A DNA stretch of 64,000 nucleotides from Deltaproteobacteria bacterium (lineage in GTDB: Bacteria; Myxococcota_A; UBA796; SXON01), in NCBI GenBank assembly GCA_947445035.1, contig CANFCK010000001.1, positions 50,044 to 114,043 on the forward strand. The letters are read 5' to 3'. Below are positions 17,588 through 28,600 of the stretch, piece after piece (positions within the stretch are counted from its first letter, which is position 1; each line of letters opens with the position of its first letter). The translations under genes were made by a program, and so were the position numbers. A model generated the notes under the pieces. It was not told where the DNA came from. It saw only the letters and a program-made list of their open reading frames with translations, and searched no databases.

Positions 17588-18961
17588 ATGGCGCGCATCC
17601 TCGTCGTAGATGACGAACCCGACCTGCTGGAGACGGTGCGTCGCATCCTGGTTCGCGGTGGCCACGAGGTCCTGACCGCGCCGAGCGGTGCGGAGGGGTT
17701 GCACATCGTGGAGCGAGGCGGCCTCGAGCTGGTGCTCACCGACCTGATGATGCCCGGCGTCGACGGACTGGCGGTGCTGGCCGGTGCGGCGGCGCGGGAT
17801 CCGCTGACGCCGGTCGTGCTGATGACGGCCTACGCCACGGTCGAGACGGCGGTCTCCGCGCTCCGGGCCGGCGCGTGGGACTACCTCGCCAAGCCGTTCG
17901 GTCCCGATGCGCTCCGGGTGGTCGTCGATCGCGCGCTTGGACACCGGGCTCTGGGCACCGAGAATCGTCGTCTTCGCGCTGCGCTCGTCGGCCCCCCTCT
18001 GCTCGGTGCCAGCGCCGCGCTGACCACGGTCATCGAGACCATCGAGCGTGTCGCACCGACCGACCTTGGGGTGCTGATCACCGGGGAGTCGGGAACCGGC
18101 AAGGAGGTGGTGGCGCGTGCGCTCCACTCGTCCAGCCGGCGCGCGTCCCGCTCCTTTGTCCCGGTGGACTGCGGCGCGATCCCGCCCAACCTCGTGGAGA
18201 GCGAGCTCTTCGGCCACGAACGCGGCGCCTTCACCGGTGCCGAGACGGAGCGGCGGGGGCTGGTGGAGGAGGCCGACGGCGGGACCTTCTTCCTGGACGA
18301 GATCGGCGATCTCGACGCCACCGCGCAGACGCGCCTGTTACGACTTCTCCAAGAAGGCGAGTTCCGCCGCGTGGGGAGCAATCGGCTCCGCAAGGTCGAT
18401 CTGCGCGTGGTCTCCGCGACCAACCGGCCCCTGGAAGATGCCGTCGCCGGAGGGCGCTTTCGCGCCGACCTGTTCCACCGCCTCAACGTCGTGCGCATCC
18501 ACCTGCCGCCGCTGCGGGAGCGAGCTGCGGACGTGCCGATCCTGGCTCGTCACTTCGTCGCTCGTTTCCGAGCGGAGGGTGGCCGCGCGCCGCTGGTGGT
18601 CGGTGATGCGTGTTTGGCCCAGTTCGCCGGGCACACCTGGCCGGGCAACGTTCGCGAGCTGGCAAACGTGTGTCGTTACCTCGCGGGCCTCGCGTCGGGG
18701 CCAGAGGCGTTGGTCTCGGACCTTCCGCCCGGCTTCGGCGCCGGCGCCAGTCGTATCGCGACATCGGAGGCGGTAGCCGCCGCACCCGTCGGCGTGCGGC
18801 ACGACCTCCCGTACGCAGACGCCAAGAAGTTGTGGCTCGATCCCTTCGACGAGGCCTACTTCCACGCGCTCCTCGCCGCGCACGACGGAAACATCTCCGC
18901 GGCGGCGCGGGCGGCCGACATCGATCGCAAGACGGTGCAGCGGTTCTTGAAGCGGGAGTAG
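17588..18961 (+). CDS. Sigma54-dependent (NtrC-family) response regulator
   Basis: REC (VVDDE, LTDLMMP, AKPF), GESGTGKE, GAFTGA, FLDEIG, WPGNVREL, C-terminal HTH. Confidence 0.96.
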   Translation: MARILVVDDEPDLLETVRRILVRGGHEVLTAPSGAEGLHIVERGGLELVLTDLMMPGVDGLAVLAGAAARDPLTPVVLMTAYATVETAVSALRAGAWDYLAKPFGPDALRVVVDRALGHRALGTENRRLRAALVGPPLLGASAALTTVIETIERVAPTDLGVLITGESGTGKEVVARALHSSSRRASRSFVPVDCGAIPPNLVESELFGHERGAFTGAETERRGLVEEADGGTFFLDEIGDLDATAQTRLLRLLQEGEFRRVGSNRLRKVDLRVVSATNRPLEDAVAGGRFRADLFHRLNVVRIHLPPLRERAADVPILARHFVARFRAEGGRAPLVVGDACLAQFAGHTWPGNVRELANVCRYLAGLASGPEALVSDLPPGFGAGASRIATSEAVAAAPVGVRHDLPYADAKKLWLDPFDEAYFHALLAAHDGNISAAARAADIDRKTVQRFLKRE

Positions 18962-19075
18962 TCAGGTCTGGGCGATGCGGCAGGCCAGGACGTCTGGCCA
19001 AACGGACGTCGCGACGCATCGCGGCGCCGTCGGAGGCGCTCAGGGTCCGTCGGGAGGCCACCGCGCTTAGGGTAG

Positions 19076-19440
19076 CTGCGGTCCCAACGGGAGCCCGGGT
19101 GCGCCCGGGGAATGACGCTGATCGAGCTTTCGTTCGTCCTGGCGATCCTGGCATTGCTGTCCGCGGCCACCGTCCCGGCCTACAACGTGATCATGCGGCG
19201 GGCCCGCGCGGCCGAGCCGCGGGGTCTGGTCGAGGCCATCGCCCACGCCGAGCTGCGCCACTTCCGCGACCGCGGCGGTTACCTCGAGTGCGCCCCCGCC
19301 GGTGAACTCCCCACCGCGCCAGTCGCCTTCCCCAACGCCGAGTCATGCTGGCGGTCCCTCGGCGTGCAGATGACGGGGGACGTCCGCTACCGGTACGGGG
19401 TGCGCCTCGACGGCGACAGCGTCGTCGTCACCGCCTTCCC
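19076..19440 (+). pseudogene. Type IV pilin-like protein with damaged start and apparently replaced C-terminus
   Basis: ARG|MTLIELSFVLAILALLSAATVPAY prepilin motif. The leader has only a CTG (19076) after an in-frame TAG. Pilin-like sequence ends at DSVVVTA (~19436), then a Pro/Arg-rich read-through runs to 19813 across the end of tolC. Confidence 0.65.
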
Positions 19441-19706
19441 CCCGCCACCCAGACCAGCCAGAGCCGCACGCAGCCCGCCGCCGCGGGGTCGCCGGCGCCC
19501 GCCGGTGCTTCTGCGCGGGGTGGACGGTTCGGTGACGGGCCGGGTGACGGTGGGGGTCGGGCCCGGGCCGAGCGAGTCTTCGAGCGAGGAGCCGGGACGA
19601 CCTCCACCGGCAGGACCCTGCACCCACCCTCCGTCCACCCCGCCCCGACCACCTCAACCGCGCCGACGACCCCGCAGAGGCACCGCGTCCCGCGCGGCGA
19701 CCCACC

Positions 19707-21125
19707 CTACAATGCTCCCCGCAGCCGCTCCAACTCCACCAACGCAATCAGCCAGTCGGTGCGTGCCTTCTCGGCATCCGCTCGCGCCTGGTCGACGTCC
19801 TTCTGTGCGGTGATGAGGTCCCTCTGCAAACTACGACCTTCCACCACCCGCGCTTTCTCCGCGGCGAAGGTTTCTTCAGCTAGGCGCTGGTTCAGCTCCG
19901 CCAGCTCAAGGAGCTGTTTGGCACCGTCGAGGGTGCGCAGTTGGGCGCGCGCGGCGGTCTCGACGATGGCTTCGGCCTGGGCGAGTGACACCTTCGCGCG
20001 GGCGAGCGCGGCGCCGGATTGGGCGAGGGTGCCACGATCGGCACGATTCAACAGGGGCATGGTCAGCGTCGCCCCCAAGCTCCACTGTGGCAACTTCGCG
20101 TCCCCGATCTCGGCGAGGCTGCCCGAGAAGGTCGGGTCGTACCCGCGGAGGGCCACGCCTCCGTTGGCGTCCAACTGAGGAAGCAGACCGTGGCGCGCGT
20201 CCTGCACGTCCTGCTCGCGAGTGTCAACTTCGAGGCGGGCCAGCCGCAACGAAGGGTTTCCTTGAAAAACGGAGTCCAGGACCGCGTGGTACTGAAGTGG
20301 CAACTCCGGCGGGGGGCTCGGGCGGCTGGTCAAGCTCACCGAAGCGTCGAGTGACACGCCGATGAGCACGGCGAGCTGATCCTCCGCGGCCTCGACGGCA
20401 GCTTCGGCATCGAGGGTGGCGCGCTCGGCCTGAGCCAGCGCAGCGGCGATCCGGGTGGCTTCGACTTCGGCGAGCTTGCCCGCCCCGACCAGAGCGCGGG
20501 TGATGCGGGCCTGCTCCGCGGTGGCGGCGCGGGACTGGGCGGCGATCTCGACGAGGCGGCGTGCGGTGTGGAGGCCCCAGTAGCCGCGCGCGGCCTCCGC
20601 GACGGCGTCCTGACGGGCGATTTCGAGGGCCAGCTCCGCCGACGAGACCGCACCCTGAGCGGCGTGCACCCCGCGCAGATTCCAGGCGAGGCGATGGCCC
20701 TGCAACAGGCTCTGCGACAGGCCCAGCGTCAGCTTGCTGCCCCAGGCGGGCTCGCCAAACTCGGCGTCGAACTGTTCAATGGTGAAGGTAGAGTCGGACT
20801 GGTCGGCGTCGAAGTCGAGGGACAGGCCGGTTCCGGTCGCGAAAGCCTGGCTCAGCCCAGCGTTCATGGTGTAGCCGGTGGTGTCACTGGTGTAGGCGCC
20901 GAACTGAGCCTGGCCTTCGTCGGTCGAAGCGAAGGTCGTGCCGCCGAGGCTGAGCGTCGGCTCGAAGGGCGCGCGCGCTGCGAGGAGCGCACCGATCGCA
21001 GCGGCGTGATCGGTCTGGGCGAGCGCGACGCCGGATGCGGACTGCGAGGCCCGAGCCAGGGCGTCGTCATAGCTCAGGGAAACCGGGGGCTCCGCGTGGG
21101 CGGAAAGGGTGAAGGCCAGGATCAT
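19707..21125 (-). CDS. TolC-family outer membrane efflux protein
   Basis: Signal peptide, two OEP-like helical halves, last gene of the RND operon with a 4-bp overlap. Confidence 0.92.
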   Translation of the reverse strand: MILAFTLSAHAEPPVSLSYDDALARASQSASGVALAQTDHAAAIGALLAARAPFEPTLSLGGTTFASTDEGQAQFGAYTSDTTGYTMNAGLSQAFATGTGLSLDFDADQSDSTFTIEQFDAEFGEPAWGSKLTLGLSQSLLQGHRLAWNLRGVHAAQGAVSSAELALEIARQDAVAEAARGYWGLHTARRLVEIAAQSRAATAEQARITRALVGAGKLAEVEATRIAAALAQAERATLDAEAAVEAAEDQLAVLIGVSLDASVSLTSRPSPPPELPLQYHAVLDSVFQGNPSLRLARLEVDTREQDVQDARHGLLPQLDANGGVALRGYDPTFSGSLAEIGDAKLPQWSLGATLTMPLLNRADRGTLAQSGAALARAKVSLAQAEAIVETAARAQLRTLDGAKQLLELAELNQRLAEETFAAEKARVVEGRSLQRDLITAQKDVDQARADAEKARTDWLIALVELERLRGAL

Positions 21126-24100
21126 AGTGCCTCTTTTTTGGGCCAGACGAACGCGAGCCAGCGGCGCCCACTTTCCCGAAGGTCGTCGAGGAAGGCGTAC
21201 AGGAACGGGACGAAGAACAAGGTGAGCACCGTTGCCGCCGTCATCCCGAAGGCGACCACCCTCCCGAGCGGCGCGTAGGGAATGCCGACGAAGGTCTCGG
21301 TGCCGAGCGCCATCGGGAGTATTCCGACAATCGCGGTGAGCGCGGTCATGAGGATCGGGCGCAGACGTTGGCGCACCGCCTCCACCAAGGCTTCTTCGCG
21401 GCCCAAGTGGCGACGCAGCTCGGTGACCCTATCGATGAGCACGATGCCGTTGTTCACGACGATGCCCATCAGGATGATCATGCCGATGCCGCCCATCGCA
21501 TCGAAGGGGGTGTCGGTCAAATACAGCCCCCAATAGACGCCGAAGCTCGCCATCGGGATGGTCATGATCACGGTCAGCGGGAGTAGAAAACTCTCGAAAA
21601 GCACGCCCATGATCAAGAAGACGAAGACGACACTCAGCAAGAACGCGGCGTTCTGGGCCTGGTCGCTCTCCATCTGTTCTCGCCACTCGTCGCCGCGTTC
21701 AGGACCGTACCCCGAAGGCCACTCCATCTGCGCCAGCTCGCCCATCGCCTGGGCGTAGACTGCGTCTTTGCTGGCACCATCCTCCAGCTCCAGGTTGATA
21801 CTGAGCTGCGTCTTCCGATCGTGCCGCCGAATCGAACCCCAACTCGTGCCCGGCTCGGGATCGACCAGCGCTCTGAGCGCGACACCGCCGGTGCGATTGC
21901 CGATCTGGAAGTCGAGCAGGCGGTCCACGCTGACGCGGTCGTCATCGGCAAAGCGGGTGAACATCCGCACCTCCCGTTCGCCCACGATCCACGGCGACAA
22001 CGGCGCGCCGCGCATCGCGAAGGCCACCACCCGGCCGATGGTCGAGGCGCTGACGCCGTACCGCGCCGCCGCGCCGCGATCGACGCGAAGCCGGATCTCC
22101 TCCTCGCCGCCTTCGTCCGCTCCATCCTCCACATTGAGCACGCCCGGGATTCCGCGCAGCCGGCGAACGGCCTCTTTGCCAATCGCGGCCAGCGTCTCGC
22201 TGTCTTCGCCCACCAGGGCCACGCCGATGCGCTTCGATTGGCCCTCACTGTCCCCCCACCCCACCTGCGAATGCACGCCCGGCAGGTCGGGCAGCTTCGT
22301 CTTTGCGTCGGCGAGGACCTTCTCGCGCGGCATCACCTCTTCTTTGTCACTATCGAGGTAGATCGACAGGCTTCCTCGGAGGCTGTCCGAACTCAACCGG
22401 GATCGATAGGTTCGCACCCCCCACGCATCGCGGTTGTCTTCGGCGAGCTTCTCGAAGGTCTCCACCACCTTGAGGCGCTCGTAGTAGGTGTAGGCCCGCG
22501 GCACCTCGAACCGGATGTTGAAGTCGTCGATGTTGCCGTCGCCTTCGTCCTCGCAGGACACCGCCTCCACCGGCACCACCACCGTCAAGACGATCGCAGC
22601 GACTACGCCCACGAAGCTGTCCATGGGGTGTCTCAAAACACGCCGCAGAATCGCCACCACCGTGTCGGAGAGCCACACCATCCAACGCGCGTCGGCCGCG
22701 ATGCGGCCTGAGCTCAACCACACGGTGGAGAGCGGGGTGAATACCAGCGTGATGAGCAGGCTGGCCACGTGGACCCAGACCACCGGCATGCCCAAGGCGC
22801 CCAGGAAGAAGCTGAAGTCCGCGTCCCCACTCATCAGGATGACCGGCAAGAAGACGATCGAGCTGGTGGCCGTGCACAAAACCACTGGCAACAACACTTC
22901 CGCGGTGCCGTCAATCGCCGCTGAAACCGCCTCCTGACCCAACTGTCGTCGTCGGAAGATGGCTTCCACCACTACCACCGCGTTGTCGATCGCGATGCCC
23001 ACGGCGATCATCAGGCCGAGCATCGACAGCAGGTTCAGGGACGTACCCCCGAAGTACATCACGATGACGGTCAAGAGCAACGAAGAGGGGATGGTCGACG
23101 CGATGAGCGCGGTGATGCGCCATTCGCGGAGGAAAAGGCCCAGGACGATGACCGCGAGCACGCCGCCTTCGAGAGCAGCCCGGTACAGTGCCACAAGGGA
23201 CTTCTCGATGAGCTGCCCCTGGTCGAAGAAGCTGTGGAAATGGAAGCCCTTCAGTCGAGGGTCGGCGGTGAGCTCGGCGAATGCGGCTTGCGTGGCCGCG
23301 CACACCTCGACCGTGTTTGCGGTGGACTCCTTGTTGATCGCCAGCGCCGCCGCCTCACGCCCCTCGATCCGGTTGATGCTCGTCGTCGAAGCCGGGGCGT
23401 ACCGAACCTCCGCGATGTCGGTGAGCACGAGCCCATTGCCGATCGGCCAGCGTTTGATCTCGTCGAGATCCTGGTACCGGGCCAGCGACCGCACGTACCG
23501 AACTTGCCCCCGGTCCTCGAGCCGGCCGGCCGCCATCTGGATGTTGTCGCCCCCGAGCCCGGTGACCACGGTCATCAGGTCCACCCGATGGGCCATCAGT
23601 CGCTCGCGGTCGAAGTCGATCCACACCACCGGCTCGTCCACGCCCCACAGATCGACCCGCCCGACGCCCTCGATCCGCTCCAGCCGTTTCTGGATGATGC
23701 GGGTGGTCAGGAAGTGCAGGTCTTCGAGGCTGATGTTCTCGGGCGCCGAGATGCCCGCCCAGACCACGGGCTCGTCGCTGGGGTCGAAGCGCCATATCCA
23801 GACCTTTTCTACGTCGTCGGGGAGGTCGGCCATGGCCCGTTCGACACGGTCGCCTACGGCATTGTAGGCTTCGTCCATATCGACGTCGCTGTGGAATTCC
23901 AGCGAGAGGTTGGCGCCGTCGCTCCGGGCGCGCGAGTCGAGCGACTTGAGCCCAGCGACGGTGCTGATCTGCTCTTCCAGCGGGCGCAGGATGCGCGATT
24001 CGGTCTCGATCGGGGTGCTGTCTTCGTAGTCGACCCACAGCCAAAGCTGAGGAGAAATCCAGCCTGAAGGCATCATCTGGACCGGGATGCGCATCCAGGC

Positions 24101-24187
24101 CAACAGCCCGATGACCATCACCACCGAAAACAGCGTCAAAACCGTGACCGGGCGGCTCACCGAGAAGCGGGGAATCCACTCTTTCAC
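21122..24187 (-). CDS. RND efflux transporter permease (AcrB/AcrD/AcrF family), second subunit
   Basis: SRPVT start, IAIDNAVVVVE, GIVVNNGIVLID, RLRPILMTALT. Confidence 0.95.
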   Translation of the reverse strand: MKEWIPRFSVSRPVTVLTLFSVVMVIGLLAWMRIPVQMMPSGWISPQLWLWVDYEDSTPIETESRILRPLEEQISTVAGLKSLDSRARSDGANLSLEFHSDVDMDEAYNAVGDRVERAMADLPDDVEKVWIWRFDPSDEPVVWAGISAPENISLEDLHFLTTRIIQKRLERIEGVGRVDLWGVDEPVVWIDFDRERLMAHRVDLMTVVTGLGGDNIQMAAGRLEDRGQVRYVRSLARYQDLDEIKRWPIGNGLVLTDIAEVRYAPASTTSINRIEGREAAALAINKESTANTVEVCAATQAAFAELTADPRLKGFHFHSFFDQGQLIEKSLVALYRAALEGGVLAVIVLGLFLREWRITALIASTIPSSLLLTVIVMYFGGTSLNLLSMLGLMIAVGIAIDNAVVVVEAIFRRRQLGQEAVSAAIDGTAEVLLPVVLCTATSSIVFLPVILMSGDADFSFFLGALGMPVVWVHVASLLITLVFTPLSTVWLSSGRIAADARWMVWLSDTVVAILRRVLRHPMDSFVGVVAAIVLTVVVPVEAVSCEDEGDGNIDDFNIRFEVPRAYTYYERLKVVETFEKLAEDNRDAWGVRTYRSRLSSDSLRGSLSIYLDSDKEEVMPREKVLADAKTKLPDLPGVHSQVGWGDSEGQSKRIGVALVGEDSETLAAIGKEAVRRLRGIPGVLNVEDGADEGGEEEIRLRVDRGAAARYGVSASTIGRVVAFAMRGAPLSPWIVGEREVRMFTRFADDDRVSVDRLLDFQIGNRTGGVALRALVDPEPGTSWGSIRRHDRKTQLSINLELEDGASKDAVYAQAMGELAQMEWPSGYGPERGDEWREQMESDQAQNAAFLLSVVFVFLIMGVLFESFLLPLTVIMTIPMASFGVYWGLYLTDTPFDAMGGIGMIILMGIVVNNGIVLIDRVTELRRHLGREEALVEAVRQRLRPILMTALTAIVGILPMALGTETFVGIPYAPLGRVVAFGMTAATVLTLFFVPFLYAFLDDLRESGRRWLAFVWPKKEAL

Positions 24188-24336
24188 CCAGGTTCTCCTC
24201 GCGGGCGAGGTTAACCTGCAAGGGGGAAGGGCCCGCGGCCCTTCCCCTACCGTCGCCTACCCTCTGGCCTCCAAGCTGCGCTTTTCGGCCTGCGGCGGCG
24301 GGCGGGCTCGATAACCCGCCCGCCGGTCGACTCTCC

Positions 24337-24479
24337 CCATCCCGCCCAGCCGCAGAGCGGCCCGGTGCGCGTTCCGCCAGCCGGGCGCTCTCTCCATCCC
24401 GCCCAGCCGCAGAGCGGCCCGGTGCGCGTTCCGCCAGCCGGGCGCTCTCTCCATCCCGCCCAGCCGCAGAGCGGCCCGG
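24337..24479. repeat. Intergenic tandem repeat, 57 bp x 2.5
   Basis: Identical units start at 24337, 24394 and 24451 (ccatcccgcccagccgcagagcggcccgg...). Confidence 0.92.
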
Positions 24480-24546
24480 GGCCCTTCCCCCACCGCGCCA
24501 GACCCTCCACCCTCCAACCTTCGGTGTCGGCGGCGACGGATACGGC

Positions 24547-25025
<479 letters not shown>

Positions 25026-25029
<4 letters not shown>

Positions 25030-25054
25030 CATACTTAGTCGAATAAACTAAGCT
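25026..25054 (+). promoter_or_regulatory. Sigma70 promoter of the TA operon with overlapping palindromic operator
   Basis: TTGACA (25026-31), 17-nt spacer, TAAGCT (25049-54); inverted repeat CTTAGT (25034-39)/ACTAAG (25047-52). Confidence 0.8.
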
Positions 25055-25063
25055 CATCGAGTC

Positions 25064-25306
25064 ATGCGCCAGTACAACGTCCACGAGGCCAAAACCCAGC
25101 TCTCGGCGCTCCTCGAGCGCGTCGAGGGTGGGGAGGAGATCATCATCGCCCGGTCAGGTCGGCCGATCGCGCGCATCGTGCCGCTACGGGAAGTGCGGCG
25201 ACCGCGGGTGCTCGGCCTCTACCGGGGTCAGCCCTTCGCCATCGCGGACGACTTCGACACCTTGCCCGCTGATATCCAGGAGCGCTTCGAGGGCGAAGGC
25301 GGATGA
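25064..25306 (+). CDS. Phd/YefM-family antitoxin
   Basis: YNVHEAKTQLSALLERVEGGEEIIIARSGRPIARIVP. Confidence 0.95.
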   Translation: MRQYNVHEAKTQLSALLERVEGGEEIIIARSGRPIARIVPLREVRRPRVLGLYRGQPFAIADDFDTLPADIQERFEGEGG

Positions 25307-25689
25307 GGCTGCTCCTGGACACGCACGTACTGCTGTGGGCGCTGCTCGATCCCGACCGGCTGACCGCGCGCGCGGCCGCGGCTCTCCAAGACCCGCAGAA
25401 CTCGCTGTTCGCCAGCGCAGCTTCGGCCTGGGAGGTCGCGATCAAACAATCGCTCGGGAAGCTCACCTTGCCCGGACCCGCCGACGTATGGCTCCCCGAG
25501 GCCTGCCTCAAGACCGGTATCGGCTGGCTGCCGGTGTCCGCTGCCGACGCGCTCGCCGTCGGTCGCCTGGTCTGGCACCATCGCGACCCCTTCGATCGCT
25601 TGCTCATCGCCCAGGCTTGCGACGGGATGATCCTCGTCACCCACGACGACGCCTTCGCCCCCTACGCCGTCCCCGTGCTCTGGGCCTGA
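25303..25689 (+). CDS. vapC: VapC PIN-domain toxin
   Basis: MRLLLDTHVLLW, SAWEVAIK, HRDPFDRLLIAQA, LVTHD; ATGA overlap with the antitoxin. Confidence 0.95.
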   Translation: MRLLLDTHVLLWALLDPDRLTARAAAALQDPQNSLFASAASAWEVAIKQSLGKLTLPGPADVWLPEACLKTGIGWLPVSAADALAVGRLVWHHRDPFDRLLIAQACDGMILVTHDDAFAPYAVPVLWA

Positions 25690-28600
25690 CCCCCGCCCCC
25701 CTCTGTAGCCCTCACCGCCAATCGATAAATCACCGGCACCACGACGAGCGTCAGAAAGGTCGAGCTGGCCAGGCCGAAGATGATGGTGATCGCCAGCGGC
25801 CGCTGCATCTCCTGGCCTTCGCCGAAGCCCAGGGCCAGGGGCACCAGCCCCAAAACCGAGTTGAGCGCGGTGATGAGGATCGGCCGCAAGCGCAGCGCCG
25901 CCGCCTCGCGGATGGCGTCGTCCAGGCCCCGGCCTTCGCTGCGCAGGCGCGCGATGGCATCGACCAGCACGATCGCGTTGGCGACGACCACCCCCGCAAG
26001 CACGATGAGGCCGATGAAAACCACGACGCTGACCGGCGTGCCGGTGACCCACAGTCCGACCGAGACCCCGACCAGCGCCAGCGGCACCGAGAACAGGATG
26101 ACCAACGGGTCGCGGAGCGACTCAAAGGTGCTCGCCATGATCACATAGACCAGAAAAACGGCCAAAACCAGGGCCAGAGCCAAGGAGCGCAACGACGTCT
26201 CCAACTCCCGATTCTGCCCTGCCACCTCAAGCTCCACGCCCGCCGGCAGCCCCGCCCCCCGCAGCGCCGTCTCCGCCGCCTCTGCCGCACCGGCCAGATC
26301 GAACCCAGCCACGTCCGCTGACAGCACCACCGCCCGCCGCTGGTCGATGCGCCGCACTTCCGACGGGCCTTCCCCCTCTTCTACAGTCGCGACCGTGTCC
26401 AGGCGCACTTCCGGCACCAGCGCCGGGTTCACGTTGATGGCGCCCAACGCTTCCACGCTGTTGCGGTCACGCTCCTGGAGGCGCACCAGCAGATCGATGC
26501 GGCGCTCACCCTCGGCGATGCGGGTGGGCCGCTCGCCCTGGATTTTGGCCCGGACGGCACGCGCGACGTCGCCCACGCCGATGCCCAGCGCCGCGAGCCG
26601 CTGCCGGTCGTAGCGGACGCGAACTTCAGGGTAGCCGGCGGTCATCGAGGAGTGGACCTCTCGCAGTTGGGGCACCTCGCTGAGCGCCGCCAAACCCAGC
26701 TCGGACGCGGTTCGCAGCGTGCTCAGCTCGGGGTCGTAGAGCACCACCTCGACGGGGGTATGGAAGCTGAAAAGCGCGGGGCGGGCAAAGCGGGAGCGCA
26801 TCTTGGGGAAGGCCAGAAGCTCGGTGCGGATGGCCGCCATCGCGACGTCCTCCCGCGCTTCGAGGTCGCCGCCGGGGGCCAGCTCCACCAGCACGCGCGC
26901 CGTGTTTTCTCCCTCGTCGGGCTTGGCGTCCGCGCGCCGCTCGGTGCCGACGACCGCGTACACGGCCTCGACACCATCGAGCTGATAGAGCCGCGCCTCC
27001 AACTGCTGCACCAGGGCGTCGGTGCGGGCCAGCGGGGTGCCGACGGGCATCGCCAGCTCCACCGTGAAGCGGCCCTGGTGTACGTCGGGAATGAGCTGGG
27101 CGCCCACGTCGGCGAAGGCGATTGCGGCAGCGAGCGTACCGGCGATAGCGACGACCAAGACCCGCGTCGGCCGATTCAGCCACCGATCCAGCAAGCGAGC
27201 GAAGGCCCCTTCGGCCACGGCGTACTGCTCCAAAAAACGGTCCGCGAGCCACACGGTGCCGCGGTTGACGGTGCCGAGGACCACGAAGAGCACCCGCAGC
27301 CCCAAACGTGCCGCCCAGCCGGCCAGCACCGCAAAGAGCACGGCCGCAGACGCCAGGATGCCGTGGGTGACGAAGCGCACCAGGGCCCACGGCCAACGCC
27401 AGAGGGCGCGGCGTTGTCGTAGGGTCGCCCACGCGTCGCGCGGCGTGCTGGACGCGATGTCGCGGGCGCGGGCAGGCGGCGCGGAGAGGGTCAACTGCCG
27501 AGCCGCAAGCATGGGAATCACGATGAGCGCCACGCCGAGCGAGGCGAGCAGCGAAAAGACCACGGTCAACGCGAGGTCCCCAAAAATCTGGCCAGCGACG
27601 CCTTCGACGAACACGATGGGGAAGAAGACCGCGATGGCGGTGAGCACCGACGCGAAGACGGCGGTCGCCACCTCGGCCGTGCCGGCTATCGCCGCTTCTT
27701 TTCTACTCTTTCCCGCGTCGATGTGATTCTGGACCGACTCCAGCACCACCGTGCCCGAGTCGATGACCATGCTGACGCCGAGCGCCAAGCCCCCGAGCGA
27801 CATCAGGTTCAGACTCAGGTCGCCCACGTACATGACGCCGAAGGTGGCGAACAGACAAATCGGGATCGCGGTGGAGATGATCGCGGTGGTGAGCCAATCG
27901 CGGAGGAACACGAAGGTGACCAGGATCGCGAGCAGGCCGCCGAGGATGCCGTCGCTGGTGAGGTTGTCGAGCGCCCCCTCGACGAACTGGGCCTGGTCGT
28001 CCAGCACCCTCGCTTCCATGCCGTCGGGCAAAAGCCGCCCCTCGCCCTCGACGCTCAGCGCCGCTTTCACCTGCCGCGCCACCTGCACGAGGTTGGCGTC
28101 GGCTTCTTTGTAGACCTCGATCTCCACCGAGGCCACGCCGTCCAAACGCGCCACCACCTCGCGGTCGGCGTGCCCCTCGGAAACATCGGCCACATCGCCG
28201 ATGCGGACGCGCTTTCCGTCGGGACGCACAACTTGTAGTTCGCGCACATCCTCGATCGAGCGGAACTCGTTGAGGGTGCGGATCAGGTACTCGTTTTCCC
28301 CCTCGCGCACGAGCCCGCCGGCGACGTTGACGTTTTCGGCGCTCAGCGTCGCCCGCACCTGATCCAGGCTGACGCCCCGCGCCACCAGCCAGTCTTCCCG
28401 CGGCTCGACGAGCACCAGCCGCTCCAAACCCCCGCGCACGCTCACCGCCGCGACGCCGTCCAGGGCCTCCAGCCGGCGCTTGACCTCTTTCTCGGCGACC
28501 TCGCGCTGCTGAAGTTGCGAGCCGCCACCGGTCAGCGCCACCCGCAGGATCGGCTGGAGGGAGGGGTCGTAACGCAAGATCAACGGCCGCTCGATCCCGT

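Noticed and set aside
18962..19111. Sigma54 promoter controlled by the adjacent NtrC-type regulator
   Set aside because: No convincing TGGCAC-N5-TTGC (-24/-12) motif was found by eye.
19441..19706. Small ORFs between the pilin remnant and tolC
   Set aside because: Low-complexity, mutually overlapping, with no RBS or motif support.
24337..24479. Possible CRISPR array
   Set aside because: The units are fully identical head-to-tail 57-mers with no unique spacers, and no cas genes are in the window.
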